Below the pieces are notes generated by a model that did not search any database, was not told the DNA's origin, and saw only the letters and a list, made by a program, of their open reading frames with translations. Of a stretch of DNA of 64,000 bases, positions 1 to 12,041 are shown piece by piece. Source of the DNA: Octopus sinensis. Lineage: Eukaryota. Both the position numbers and the translations under genes were made by a program. The stretch spans positions 3,658,001-3,722,000 of the forward strand of contig NC_043016.1 of the NCBI RefSeq assembly GCF_006345805.1, written 5' to 3'. Positions within the stretch are counted from its first letter, which is position 1, and each line of letters starts with the position of its first letter.

Positions 1-17
1 TAGTAGTAGTAGTAGTA

Positions 18-690
18 CGTGCATTAAATTATACTTTCGGAAAAACATTCCTAAAGTCGGACTACAATAAATAACCTCGAATGTCAAGAGCTCACGTAAG
101 TTGTCCCTAACAGCCACTGTTTCCAGAAGCTATATTAAATTAAGTTTTATGCCTATTTCCTCTATTCATCTGTTAAAATCTTTAGGAATAGATCCTAATA
201 TACCTATAACTATAGGCATACATTTTACCTGCACTTTTCATGACCTTCGTAACTCAACGACTAGGTTCTGGTACCTTGCTATTTTCTCTATATCTTTCAT
301 ATTGACATTCTCATCATTTGGGACTGTAAAATCAATTGTCTGGCACTTATGGTTCTTTGTCTACTACTACCACTACTACTACTACTACTAAATCAGGCCA
401 TCTGGCTTCTGTGAAACTGTCAGTTTGAATGTTAAAATCCCACATCATACGTCTCATACTTTCTGACACTTTACAAGGATCATATTCTTACCACTAAGTA
501 TGGTCAAATTCTCGCTTTCTGCATAACTTCCAGTGGATTATTCTCCTTAGGTTGTTATGGCTTTTCTTGTATTCTTTTGGCAGTAGGAGATGGGCTTATC
601 TGTTTAGAGATGACTTTTTGGTAGAACACCACATCCGAGTTCTTTGAATGGATATGTTTCTCATATTGTAATAGCATGAGACTTATAGAA
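18..690 (-). mobile_element. 3' fragment of an R4/Dong-like RLE-type non-LTR retrotransposon (decayed)
   Basis: Manual minus-strand translation gives KEYKKSHNNLRRIIHWKLC, MWDFNIQTD..EARWPD, IDFTVPNDENVNMKDIEKIARYQNL and PIVIGILG, the restriction-like endonuclease region. It is interrupted by (TAC)n at ~356-389, with a (TAG)n tract at 1-17. Confidence 0.75.
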
Positions 691-700
691 CGATATTTCC

Positions 701-924
701 GGCAGAAACGTTAGCACGCTGGGTGAAATGCATAGCGATATTTCGTCTGCCGCTACGTTCTGAGTTCAAATTCCGCCGAGGTCGACTTTGCCTTTCATCC
801 TTTCGGGGTCGATTAAATAAGTACCAGTTACGCACTGGGGTCGATATAATCGATTTAATCCATTTGTCTGTCGTCCTTGTTTGTCCCCTCTGTGTTTAGC
901 CCCTTGTGGGTAGTAAAGAAATAA
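701..924 (+). mobile_element. tRNA-derived SINE (octopus-type family)
   Basis: B-box GTTCAAATTCC at 764-774, GTCGAT-n3-ATCGA hairpin and AAAGAAATAA end. Nearly identical to the units at 54332-55066. Confidence 0.85.
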
Positions 925-1410
925 ATTATTTTTATTTTTATTTTTCTGTAGATATGTCTCCTGGCATGACAGAATAGTAATGGTTTAAACTTGTGATTAT
1001 TTGCTCCTTTTGTGATTATTCGTGGAATGTCGTTTTCCTTTGCTTATTACACGTGTTTTTTTCTTTTTTATATTTGTGTGTGTAAAAGTTATTTACATAG
1101 TATATAAATATTATTACGTGGACATATATGCATAAACAGGTGGGTGTATGCGTAATTAATTAATTTATTTATTTAGTGTGTACACAGCGTGTTTCCTTGT
1201 TATTATCGAGGTTTCTAATGTCGATTTCAGCATTTCATGCGTGTTACTGTGAGATATGCATAGAAGAAACTATGCTTTATTTAACAATAATCTTACTATT
1301 TTTTAGATGACTTGCTTTAAAAGAACGTTTCCCTCAGTTTCATTGCCAAGATTACTTTCCATTTCGTCCTGTAGAGAGAGCTTCTTCATGTTCGTCCATA
1401 TTGCTATTTA

Positions 1411-1581
1411 GCCCGCAGCTCCTCCTCCTTCACCACCTCCTCCTCCACCTTCTCCTCCTTCTCCTCTTCTTCTTCTTTTTCTTCTTCTTCTTCTCTTCCT
1501 CCTCCTCCTCCAACCCCTCCTCCTCCTCATGTTTCTGTTCCAGCTCCTCCTCATTATTATTATTATTGTTATTATTTTTAA

Positions 1582-1639
<58 letters not shown>

Positions 1640-1706
1640 GTTGTTGTTGTTGTTGTTGTTTTTGTTGTTTGCCGTCCAGCAGCAGCAGCAGCAGCAGTAT
1701 TATTGG
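1411..1706. repeat. Compound trinucleotide microsatellite (CTC/CTT/TTA/TTG/GCA)
   Basis: Directly visible; explains the poly-L/I/S ORFs. Confidence 0.95.
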
Positions 1707-2185
1707 TAGTATCCTGATTGCGATTACGAATTGCCATTACAAAGACTGGTGCCGTCTATTTGCTTGTTGTTCTTGCAGTCATAAGAATTGTAGCATTTTC
1801 TGTTTAAGTATGATGTTTTATGTTTTTGCACTTAGAATAACAGTTGGAAGAAATATAATCTCAAAGTTTATTGGTGCTTGGTGTGCATGTATACTTATAC
1901 AGGCGCACGCACAATCACACCCCACCACACACACATACACACAAACACAAATAACATATATATACACACAGACATACACATATATGACCACACCCACCCA
2001 CACACTCGTATATAAACTTAAATAAAAGAAAAATCTTAAATGCTTTTATACACGCTGTCTTTTAGAGAAAATAATGACAATAAGAGTTATATTTCTAAAA
2101 AGTAAATAAATTCTAAATTTCTAATTTAATGAAAGAATGTAAGAAACGTTAATCTTTATCGACCCCAGTACATATTTTTTTTCAT

Positions 2186-2232
2186 AGGCGCAGGCGTGGC
2201 TGTGTGGTAAGAAGTTGGCTTGCCAGCCCCAG
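2186..2232 (+). mobile_element. Truncated SINE head (second family)
   Basis: ggcgcaggcgtggctgtgtggtaagaagttggcttgcc resembles a tRNA A-box-containing SINE 5' end; the rest is missing. Confidence 0.45.
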
Positions 2233-2399
2233 GAGTCCATCTGTCCATGATTTTCATGTGTTTTAAAGCCCAACGCTTGAATATTCTCCGCCACACTATG
2301 TCGCAGCCGACTTATCTACACAGTCACTTTTTTGGTCCCAACTTTGACCCTCCATAAATCCTAAATTTTATTTCAGAATTTATGAGAGCAACCGTCTTT

Positions 2400-2592
2400 G
2401 AAGACTCATATCGTCATTGAATGCTCGAAATGAGGAGTAGATAGACAACCGATAACTGATGAAGGGTCCTTTCTCTGTGCTTAATTGTCCTGTTTTCCAT
2501 TTTTTCTTGTTGATTATGTGCTTCATTCGTTTTTCCCTCGTTTGTTTACTTATTTCATGCTATTTTCACCGTTGGTGATGTCCTGTACCCTT
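2400..2592 (+). repeat. Dispersed repeat, possibly a Penelope-type terminus
   Basis: ctgatgaagggtcctttctctgtgcttaattgtcctg...gatgtcctgtacc is similar to the reverse complement of 29810-29990. Confidence 0.4.
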
Positions 2593-2815
2593 ATATATAT
2601 TACATTATTTATTATACATAGATATATACATACATAAATAAATAATATATATATATATACACATACACATGTATTGATGTAAAAAGAGAAGGCATGCTCA
2701 AATTTTCAGATGATAAAAAAGCAAGCATGTATATAAATAATATTCACCAACGCGGTATTGAGCAATCATTTCTGTGTTTGTGTGTGTGTGTGTATGTGTG
2801 TGTATGCATATATAT

Positions 2816-2859
<44 letters not shown>

Positions 2860-2861
<2 letters not shown>

Positions 2862-3694
2862 TGGGCGCGATGGGTAAATTGTTGCTATTTTATGTTTTTA
2901 ATCTAGCGCATGCGCATTGTTTGTTTTTGATTTTGTCGACTGCACATTATAGTAGGGTCAGTTAGGCGCCCTCTGTGAGAAAAGCAATACCATGACGCAA
3001 TTCGCCCTGCCAGGAATGTGGAAATGATATGCAATACTGTTTGGTATTTGTGCTGGAAGCTCCAATACGAACACTTCACATAGCTTGGGTGTCAATTTGA
3101 GGACGTGTACTGAAAGTGATAAAAATCAAACATCCAGTCAACATCATGGTGTTTGGAGTGATCACTAGTGATGGCAAACTTATGTCTTCATTTATCTTCC
3201 AACACGACCTCAGACTCAACACGGAGGCCTATATCAAGTGCTTGGAGTGGGTAGTGCTGCCCAGGGTGAAGAGGGTGGCTGCTGGAAGAGCCTATGTCTA
3301 CCAACAGGACTCTGCCCCATGTCACACAAGTAGGAGAATCCAGTCATAGCTGTCAGACAATTTCTGCGACCACATCACACCTAGTATCTGGCCACCTAAT
3401 TCCCCAGCCTGCAACCCCCTTGATTATTATGTATGAGATGCAGTTGAGCGCACTTGAACTGATGGCAAGGATTATGGCAGCATTCAACAACTAAAGCGAG
3501 GCTGTCCAGAAGAGTTCGAGGAGATTCCGAAGTTGTCTTGATCCAATGGGGATTTCGTTGGATAAATTTACTCTTTAGTATTGTATTTCAATATATTTTT
3601 GTGTAATTTTGGTAAATATATCTGTTAAGATGAGATGTCAGTGTTATTTTCATTTTTGCGTAATTTAGACGACAGTTTATTCACCGCATCCTGT
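2860..3694 (+). mobile_element. Internally deleted Tc1/mariner transposon, DD37D (maT-type)
   Basis: MVFGVITSDG, then QQDSAPCHTS...WPPNSPACNPLDY with exactly 37 residues between the 2nd and 3rd catalytic D (one in-frame stop). Degenerate TIRs ctgggcgcgatgggtaaattgt / gacagtttattcaccgcatcctg; left flank (TA)n. Confidence 0.85.
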
Positions 3695-3777
<83 letters not shown>

Positions 3778-3783
3778 ATCTAC

Positions 3784-3881
<98 letters not shown>
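3695..3881. repeat. (TATC)n tetranucleotide array
   Basis: About 46 near-perfect units directly abutting the 5' junction of the LINE. Confidence 0.98.
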
Positions 3882-3882
<1 letters not shown>

Positions 3883-4838
3883 AGAGAGAAGATACCCACC
3901 ACTATAGAACTGCCAGGAGGCTACAAACTTTATGTAGTGGTAGAGGGTAGGCGACCACGATGCTATTTGTGTGGAAGCGAAACACACTTGAAAAAGACGT
4001 GCCCAACCACTGCACACCAAGAGCAACAACAACAACCACTACCACAACCAAAGCACTCCGGAAAAAAAGCTCTACTACCCACACCACCATCAACACAGAA
4101 GACGACAAGAGAAGCACACCAAGCTAATCCGTCAACAACCAAAAATCACTCAACACCTGAGAAAATACCCACACCACCAACAACAGCAAGAACCAAAGGA
4201 ACAGAAAAACAAAGAAAACACACAAAAACTGATTCCCCATCCCTTATACCGCACTCACCACACACAAACACTCAACAACCAACAACAACAACAAAAGCAA
4301 CAGCACAACCACTTACACAGTCATACATAGAAGCCTACAACATACCCCTACCCCCTACTGATTCCTCAGAAATTTCGTCGGAAGACGAAACCAGTGAGGA
4401 ATGGCAAATAGCCAGAAAAGAAGGAAAATAAAGAGCAGAAACACAACCAAACCCAATGCAAACACGAACAAAGCAGGGGGAAATACATCTCCCGAAGACA
4501 TTTCAAAACCCAACGCAAACAACAGTCACACCAACACCAAAAAAATATATACAGCAAACATGCTCACAGCTATAGACACCAAAAACACAAATTTGATGGA
4601 ATACATCCAATCAAAAACAAACATAACAGAAGATGACATAAAAACAAACAATCACCCATACACAACACCACCAGACCACATCAAAATATTACACATCTCC
4701 AAAAGTCTGCACCACACAGTCAAAGGCATTTTCCCCAGCGCGGTTGGTAAATGCCAAAAATATCTCACAAAGAAACTGTACTGGGATCTCCTCGAGGACA
4801 AACCAAAGGAGGAGAAAGCAAAAACTTTCGAGCAGTAA
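3883..4838 (+). pseudogene. LINE ORF1 C-terminal half (gag-like zinc knuckle), frameshifted
   Basis: PRCYLCGSETHLKKTCP (CX2CX4HX4C). ALLPTPP and PPTDSSEISS..EEWQ motifs are shared with copy 2. Frameshift near 4400-4430. Confidence 0.85.
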
Positions 4839-4872
4839 GAAACCCTCTGTTCCTTTCACTTGTATTAGGATT

Positions 4873-7800
4873 ATGATCAAGATTGGTTGTGTAAATGCGC
4901 GTGGCTTGGGGTCCCCTTGGAAACAAGGGTACCTCTTAAATGACATAAAGTCACATAAGTTAGAAATCATAGCCATAAGTGAGACCAGACTCCACAATCC
5001 GCGGGCCCTAAAGACCATGTTTGGCGGACAGTTCAACATTTATTTTCCCCCCTGTCTGCCGAGAATGGGTAGTAGTGGCACCGCGGTACTTTTTCGCAAG
5101 AGTTTGGATCTCAAAGTAAGGACAATATTCGTAGACCCGGGGGGTAGACTGGTCGTCCTGGATGTCGACGGCAGCAATGGGTGCGCTTTTCGACTCGTAT
5201 CAGTCTACGCACCGCCCTTAACAGGTCGGGCGGATTTCTTTCAACGTCTAGAAGTATTCTTGGGAACGTCTCGTCCTTTACTCTTAGTGGGGGGATGCTA
5301 CCTTGGACACGCATGTAGACTACTGGGTAGAGATAGGAATAGACGGGGATGCAAATGCCTCAGAGACCTGCTCAGACGCTTTCAACTGTCTGACAGGTTC
5401 AGACTAGACCACCCGAATGCGCCAAAGTGGACATGGAGCAACCGTATCGGGTCGTCGAGATCGTATCTAGATAGGATACTGTGTAGGACAGTAGACAGAG
5501 ATAGCATAGGATGTCCACAATTCCACATAGTCAGCTACACGGATCACAAACTTGTGACATGTACGCTAGACTTAGGTAAGACACTTAGGCAGGATCCCGA
5601 ATACTGGAAACTAAACGCGTCTTTCCTATCGAGACAGGTTTTCAGAGACCGGATTAGTACACTAGTAAAGAGGGCTTTGACGGGAGCCATCATCAACAAC
5701 AAATGGTGGTTTGCCCTCAATAGAGCAGTAAAAGCAGAAGCGATTAGGTACAGCAAAGCACTAGCCATAGATAGAAATAGAGTAGAGGGTGAGCTAGTTA
5801 AGAAGCTAGAAGAGGCAATTAGAAGCGGCATCGCATCCGACGTTTTGGCGGCGAGGTTGTCCCTCGACCAACACTTCAACGCCAAACACGAAGGATGTGC
5901 TGTCAGAGCTAGGATGCCTGCTCTAAGGAACGAAGGTGTTGGAGCCGCGAGAGAGGCCCGGGTGGCAGAGGCGCAACAGGGCAACAAAGCCACCATTCGG
6001 TCCCTGGTAGATGAACAGGGGCGCGAATTGCTCGAGCCAAGTAAAATGTGTGAGGCCTTTCAGCAGCATTTTGCCCGACTGTTCGGGACGAGTGGAGGGC
6101 AAGAACGTAGGGTGGACTTCAGTGCATACCACATAGCCTACCACGACTCTCGACAAGAGAGGCAAGGTGCTGCGAAGGTGCCATCACGGCGGCGGATGGC
6201 AGAATGCTCGAGGGACAAATCACCGGGTTTGGATGGTCTACCCTACGAGCTTTACAATTGTATGCCAGACTTGTTTGGAGATCTCTTGGCGGCAGTGTAC
6301 TGCAACTGGCAGCAAAACGGGAGCATTCCTGGTTTTGTGAGCCGAGGAGTCGTAACACTGCTCAAGAAAGATCTAAACAAGGGAAATGTAATAGATAACT
6401 TTAGGCCCATCACTCTGCTTAATGCAGACTTGAAAATTTTGGCCGAGGTGCTAGCCAAGAGGTTGGCGCTTGTCATCGAGAAACTGGTCGACAAGGCGCA
6501 AATATGTGCCGTGCCGGTCCGGACCATCCATGACAACCTCCACCTGACGCGCTACATCATAGACAAGGTAGTTAACGAACCTGGCATGGGTGGGGCGCTG
6601 ATCAATTTGGATCAATCGAAAGCTGTCGATAGGGTGGACCATCGATACTTGGAGGCGGTCCTCAGAGCGGCTGGCTTCGGTCCCGTCTTCCGCGGCAGGA
6701 TAGCCGCTTTGTACAGAGGCATCCGTTCGGTAATTCGCGTGAATGGACATCTATCGAGACCCTTCGACATCGCACGTTCGGTCCGTCAGGGATGCCCCCT
6801 CCCGTCGCTTCTATACGTATTCACTCTCGAGCCATTATTGCGGAAGCTGGCAACTTTGAGGGGCATTCCGCAAGAACTGGGATGCGGGACGAGCGTGTCT
6901 GCATACGCGGACGACGTCACCGTCATAGTGTCTAGCCACGAGCACATCGAACAGGTTGGCGAGACACTGAAAAACTACGAAGCGGAGACAGGAGCGAAAA
7001 TCAACCGGGAAAAGTCAGTGGGCTTGCGACTCGGCACTTGGAGAAGCAAGCCCATGCCGTCCACCAGCGCCTCCGTCGTGGGACGCTGGGCCGACGGTCC
7101 GGACGAGTTGCTCGGGGTCTGGTTCGGTCTGGACCTCCAAGTGGAGAAGAACTGGAACGAGATAACGAGTAGGGTGGTCACTCTCGCCAGGCAATGGGCC
7201 GAGAGGAAACTGTCCCTAAAAGGTCGGGCAGAGGTAGCGAACACGTACATCGCGTACTGTCATCTACTACCGCCTGACCGTCGTGCCTTGTCCCGACCCT
7301 ACCATCACCAAACTAGAACGCATTCTCTTTCGCTTCTTGTGGAAAGGATGCGTCCTGATGGTCAGGCGATCCATTTGCTGTCAACACCCGTTAAAAGGAG
7401 GACTGGGCATGCCGTGGTTGATGATGCGCAGACACGCGCTGAGACTGCGACATCTCAGGCTCTACGTAGACGACGGTGAACAGGTGTGGTCGCCGTTTGT
7501 GGGGCACGCTTTCCTGCAGCTCGTCTCCTTGGCCGAACTACAATCGTGGATCAAACAGAGACCGAGGCTAGGCGAATGGCACTGCGAGTGTCGCATTGCT
7601 CTCAAGCAACTCTGCCATCCCGGATCGACCTTGAGTGACTTCAACACAACCAAAGCATTCTATAGGGGATTAGTAGAGGGGAGGTACGACGACGAGCTCG
7701 AGGCGAACCTGGTCGTCGACGAGGAATACCTGACCCGCCTGTTTGGGACGACTTTCGGGCTAGGGCCGATGGACAACTTCCAGAAATCCCTGGCCTGGCA

Positions 7801-8227
7801 CTGCTACGGAGAAGCGCTACCCGTTCGGGATAAGCTATATAGACACGGCTCGAGAAACACGGGGCCGACCTGCCCGAGATGCGGTCAGAGCGACAAAACC
7901 GTTCTGCACGCACTCGTGCAGTGTCCAACAATTTCCGACCTGTGGGCTTATGTCGAACAACTGCTGTCACGTGTGGGACGAGTCGGTTTATCAGCTGAGT
8001 CTATCGTCAATATTGTCACGCCTCTTTCCTTCAAACGGGAAGGAAGAGCTATTTTCATCATCCTTGTGGCTATGGCGAAAGAATGTATCTGGTGGACGCG
8101 TCTGAAAAGATTGGAGACAAACACTTTCCTCTCTGGTCAATCTCTCATCAACTTCTTCAAGTACCACTTGAAAAGGAATGTGAGAGTAGAGAGGCAAGTT
8201 TTGTCTAGCGAATGTTTTAAAAAATGA
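4873..8227 (+). pseudogene. LINE ORF2: AP endonuclease + reverse transcriptase + C-terminal zinc-binding domain
   Basis: MIKIGCVNARGL, AISETRL, DHKLV, KSPGLDGLP, NFRPITLLNADLKI, LDQSKAVDRVDH, VRQGCPL, AYADDV and CPRCGQSDKTVLHALVQCP. Frameshift near 7250-7283. Confidence 0.93.
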
Positions 8228-8671
8228 TGGGTGAATGTAGCAAGGATGGCACGTATGAATGACGAAGCCACCTTGAGCATAATCCTATGAACCAAGAAAT
8301 TCAAAACAGAGGGTTACCCACTCGCAAACAAATGTGGTAACATATAACAATATTGACTGAGGTTACCGTGGTCTTTTTCGTAGGCTTTTCTTCCCACGGA
8401 TAAACCTTATCTGCTACCCCCTTTACACCGTACATCATGACACTATGATACACGATCCCTATTGATCGTTTTTTTTCCTCTTCCTCTTTTTTCCTCTTTT
8501 TTCTTCTTATTTCTTTTCTTTTGTTTCTTTTCCTTTTTTTTCTTTTTTCCCTTCTACGATCTCTTTTGATCGAAAACCTACGCCACTTTTTTTTCATCCC
8601 CCAAAAGAAAAGCTCTACCTTGTAATTTGTCCCATCTGTGTGCATCCCTGTGTGGCCAATAAAGAAACTTA

Positions 8672-8706
8672 CCTATCCATCCATCCATCAATCCATCCAT
8701 CCATCC

Positions 8707-8784
<78 letters not shown>

Positions 8785-8785
8785 A

Positions 8786-8815
<30 letters not shown>
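8672..8815. repeat. (CCAT)n(CTAT)n(CTGT)n compound tetranucleotide array
   Basis: Directly visible at the LINE 3' junction. Confidence 0.95.
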
Positions 8816-8817
<2 letters not shown>

Positions 8818-9685
8818 ATCTATGTATCCATCTATCTATTTATCTATCTAATAGATATAAATCTATCTGTTTATCTGTATATCTATGTATCTGTCTGTCT
8901 CTGTGTAAACCACAACACCGCAGTATTGCTTCTGTTATATAAAATTTTACTTACATAGTATTTTTAAATCAAAGATTATTTACAAAGTCTCTGGTTCAAG
9001 ATCTTGCGCTGTGAGGTTGCTCTGACAATAACGTGTTTCCGAAGTTAGCTTCATAAGCACACACACCTATGCTTAAACAATGAATCTCAGTATCTTCCGT
9101 AAAGTTGTCTAGAGAAGCTGACATATTCTCTTCACGACTAGATGAGAACTATTATTTGAAACTATATAATAAAATGGACCTTTCATAATAATTTCGCCTG
9201 ACTTCCTTAAGGATTGTGTGCTTGAATCGGTAAATCGCAAATCGCAGAAAACTCGACATTTAGTTCCTTCTTAAAATCCACTTTCCATTCTGCTAAATTC
9301 TTTACAATCAAAGCTGAATGCATTTCTCTGCATTATTATTGTATAAGTCAGTAAAAGGAACAGTTCTTATTTTAGAGTTTTACTCAATGGGTGTTCCATA
9401 TTTTTGAGTCTCTGTGAATGTTACTCGTGTCATTAAATATACTGTATAACAATTCAGTGAGTGTCACGTTGGTTCGTATCAACTCTGATTATCAGCCGAT
9501 ATTTTAAACGTTACCCTGTTGATACCCACATCACGTGAAAGTATATATTTGCTGTAATTTCCATTCTTGATGAAATTGGTAGGCTACTTTCTTTCTCCGC
9601 TCGAAGTCGCTTTTATTTTATTTGTGTTAACCCCAAGAAGAAAAAACTCATTTAAGTATATTTCCTTGTTTTCATCCATTTGCAG

Positions 9686-9755
9686 TTACCAGCGTTTCTT
9701 CATACTGGATGCTGATTACCTTATGACAGGCGGAAGTCTACCCGCCAGATTAGGG
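9686..9755 (+). CDS. Candidate isolated internal coding exon (70 nt; YQRFFILDADYLMTGGSLPARLG), product unknown
   Basis: Acceptor ttccttgttttcatccatttgcag and donor GG|gtaaga; only one of three frames is open; non-repetitive sequence. Confidence 0.3.
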
Positions 9756-9937
9756 GTAAGACAACCTATGATCTAATGTCAAAAAGCAAAGGGTCCGGAT
9801 TTTTCATTTTTTCATACTTGATTAGTATTCTAATCAGTGGTTGGATCAGAAAACTAGCTGAATATTCGGGAACTGTGAATATGCATCTTATCACATACTT
9901 GAGGATCCATTGGCAATGTTGTTGTGAGCAATAAGTT

Positions 9938-9938
9938 C

Positions 9939-9988
<50 letters not shown>

Positions 9989-10035
9989 TTCTCTCTCTAT
10001 CTCTCTTTCTCTCTCTCTCTCTCTTTCTCTCTCTA

Positions 10036-10079
<44 letters not shown>
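9938..10079. repeat. (CT)n microsatellite
   Basis: Directly visible. Confidence 0.95.
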
Positions 10080-10229
10080 ACCATCTCTCTTCTGGCCCTT
10101 ACGACTGAAATGGATACAGCAACATATAATTACATTACGTATTCACCGTGCTCAAGAAGTGTCCCAGACTAAGTTTCTTGGAGTTAGCGTTTTGCTTCAC
10201 ATTTTGTCATATGGAAGGCATATACTTCG

Positions 10230-10800
10230 GCTTTATATGAACTGGCAGAGTAGTAGGCTCTCTTCTAAATAGGATGTTAGCAGATCAAGAAAATTTGTCA
10301 GTCTTTTTTCTATTGCTGATATCTTTATAATTCTGTTAGCAAATAACTGGTGCTTGGCATCATTTAATGACTGATCATTAGAAGAGGAATCGAAAACTTT
10401 CAAATGGCGTACCTCAACTGAGTGGGATTGTTCACTTGAAGACAGACTATGTAGTCTATATTCTTTACCGTCTGACTTCAAAAGAGCAATTTGTCCTCCA
10501 TCATGCTTTGAGCACAGATATCATTGACAATGCTGTGCGCAACAGAGAAGTCAACAAAAACAATCCCTTTCTTTCAATCCCTTTCTTACAAGCTACTTCA
10601 ACTGTGTTGGGTGGGGTTGCGTTCTTAGTTTATTCCCCATTTGCGGGAGCAAAATCCCATTTATCAGAAAGAGGAAGTATTCGTTTACTGACGCCTCAAT
10701 TTTGTTGAGTATTATGCGCTCATACAGCTCGTAGGTGTGGCTGAGAAATTAGATCAGCTTATAACTTTTGCTTCTAATTAATGGGTTTTTCATACAGCTG
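10230..10800 (-). mobile_element. Old LINE reverse transcriptase fragment (RTE/RTEX/Jockey-like)
   Basis: Minus strand reads YKLI*FLSHTYELYERIILNKI (cf. YRPISLLS..YKL.ER.ILNR) and VDFSVAHSIV (cf. VDLSAAYDTV). Confidence 0.6.
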
Positions 10801-11144
10801 TCACACAAGCCTTCTTTTTTGGTAGCTTAAATATTGTCAGGCAGTTATTACACTGATATAGGCTATACTTTTTTGCCTCAGCTCTGAAATGCTTGATTTC
10901 CTTTTACGTTTTTTCACGATCGCTGCTGTCTGCACCCCTTTTTATCATTTGATGTCAATAACCTAACTACCAGCAATATATCGTGGTTAATTTCAGAAAT
11001 AGGACCATAAATTGTACTTGATGGAATTATATAACATTTCACAGGATTAGAAATCATTCTTTGCTATACTTCAAATTAGACACAGATTTCTGATTATGTG
11101 CGCACATATGTGTACACATACACATACATGCGCACATACACACA

Positions 11145-11183
<39 letters not shown>

Positions 11184-11981
11184 GTGATATCACATAATAG
11201 AATTTAATACAAGTGAGACAATCATATTGTCATAACATTTGGTGGGATTAAAAGGTTAAGTTGGAAAGTAATAAATATGGAAAAGGACGCATACAATGCA
11301 TTTTATTTTTGCTGTTGCTTACTTATCACGAATTTCTTAGAATCTCTAGCAAATGGTAATTATGAGTAGCACTGCTTCTTTCTATTTCATAAATCATCAT
11401 CCTGCTTACCCAAAATATATTAATTAAATATTGTATTAAGCAAGATATTTCTTATAGAGGGTAAAAACATTTACAGCCTGGAAGGTCGCCATGAAAAATG
11501 TATTTTTCCTGTTTGTTTCGTTTCCTTCATACAACGTTAGTAATTTAGAAATTGTAGGAGAAAAAGTTCATAATGTCTACATACAAGGTAACTGTTTGCA
11601 ATGATTTCTACCTTGTGAAAGTGTCGTACTTTCCCAGCTACTGTTTCAATTTGAATTAATTTAAATCAAACTTCACAAACTGATTTCGATATATACTTCG
11701 AGTTGTAGAGACTGGTTTCAGGCGATTATTTCTTAGTACTTATCCTTTGTTACGCAGCAGAAAAGGTCAAAACATTTGTTCATATTTGGAGGAATTAGAA
11801 GTTTGAAATTAAAATTGAGAAATAAGGGAAGTGATGCATAAAATATAAATACTTAATTTTGCTTTGGATGGCAATAATAATTAATTATATTGACATTAGC
11901 CAGTCATAATCCAGTATAACACACTATTTCATTCTTTCTAGAAATCACCTTCATGATATACACTGACTTGTATTAATTGAA

Positions 11982-12041
<60 letters not shown>

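Larger units (their letters stand above)
3882..8671 (+). mobile_element. Tx1/L1-type non-LTR retrotransposon, copy 1 (5'-truncated in ORF1, 3' end intact)
   Basis: ORF1 with CCHC knuckle; ORF2 APE-RT-Cys/His domain; pyrimidine-rich 3' UTR; AATAAA at 8658-8663; then (CCAT)n(CTAT)n. Confidence 0.9.

Noticed and set aside
1401-1737. Poly-L/I/S/Q ORFs here and similar YI/CV/TH/LS-repeat ORFs throughout
   Set aside because: They are translations of microsatellites, with no coding complexity.
5544-7970. Antisense ORFs within LINE ORF2, and likewise within the other LINEs
   Set aside because: Shadow frames of GC-richer TE coding sequence; no motifs.
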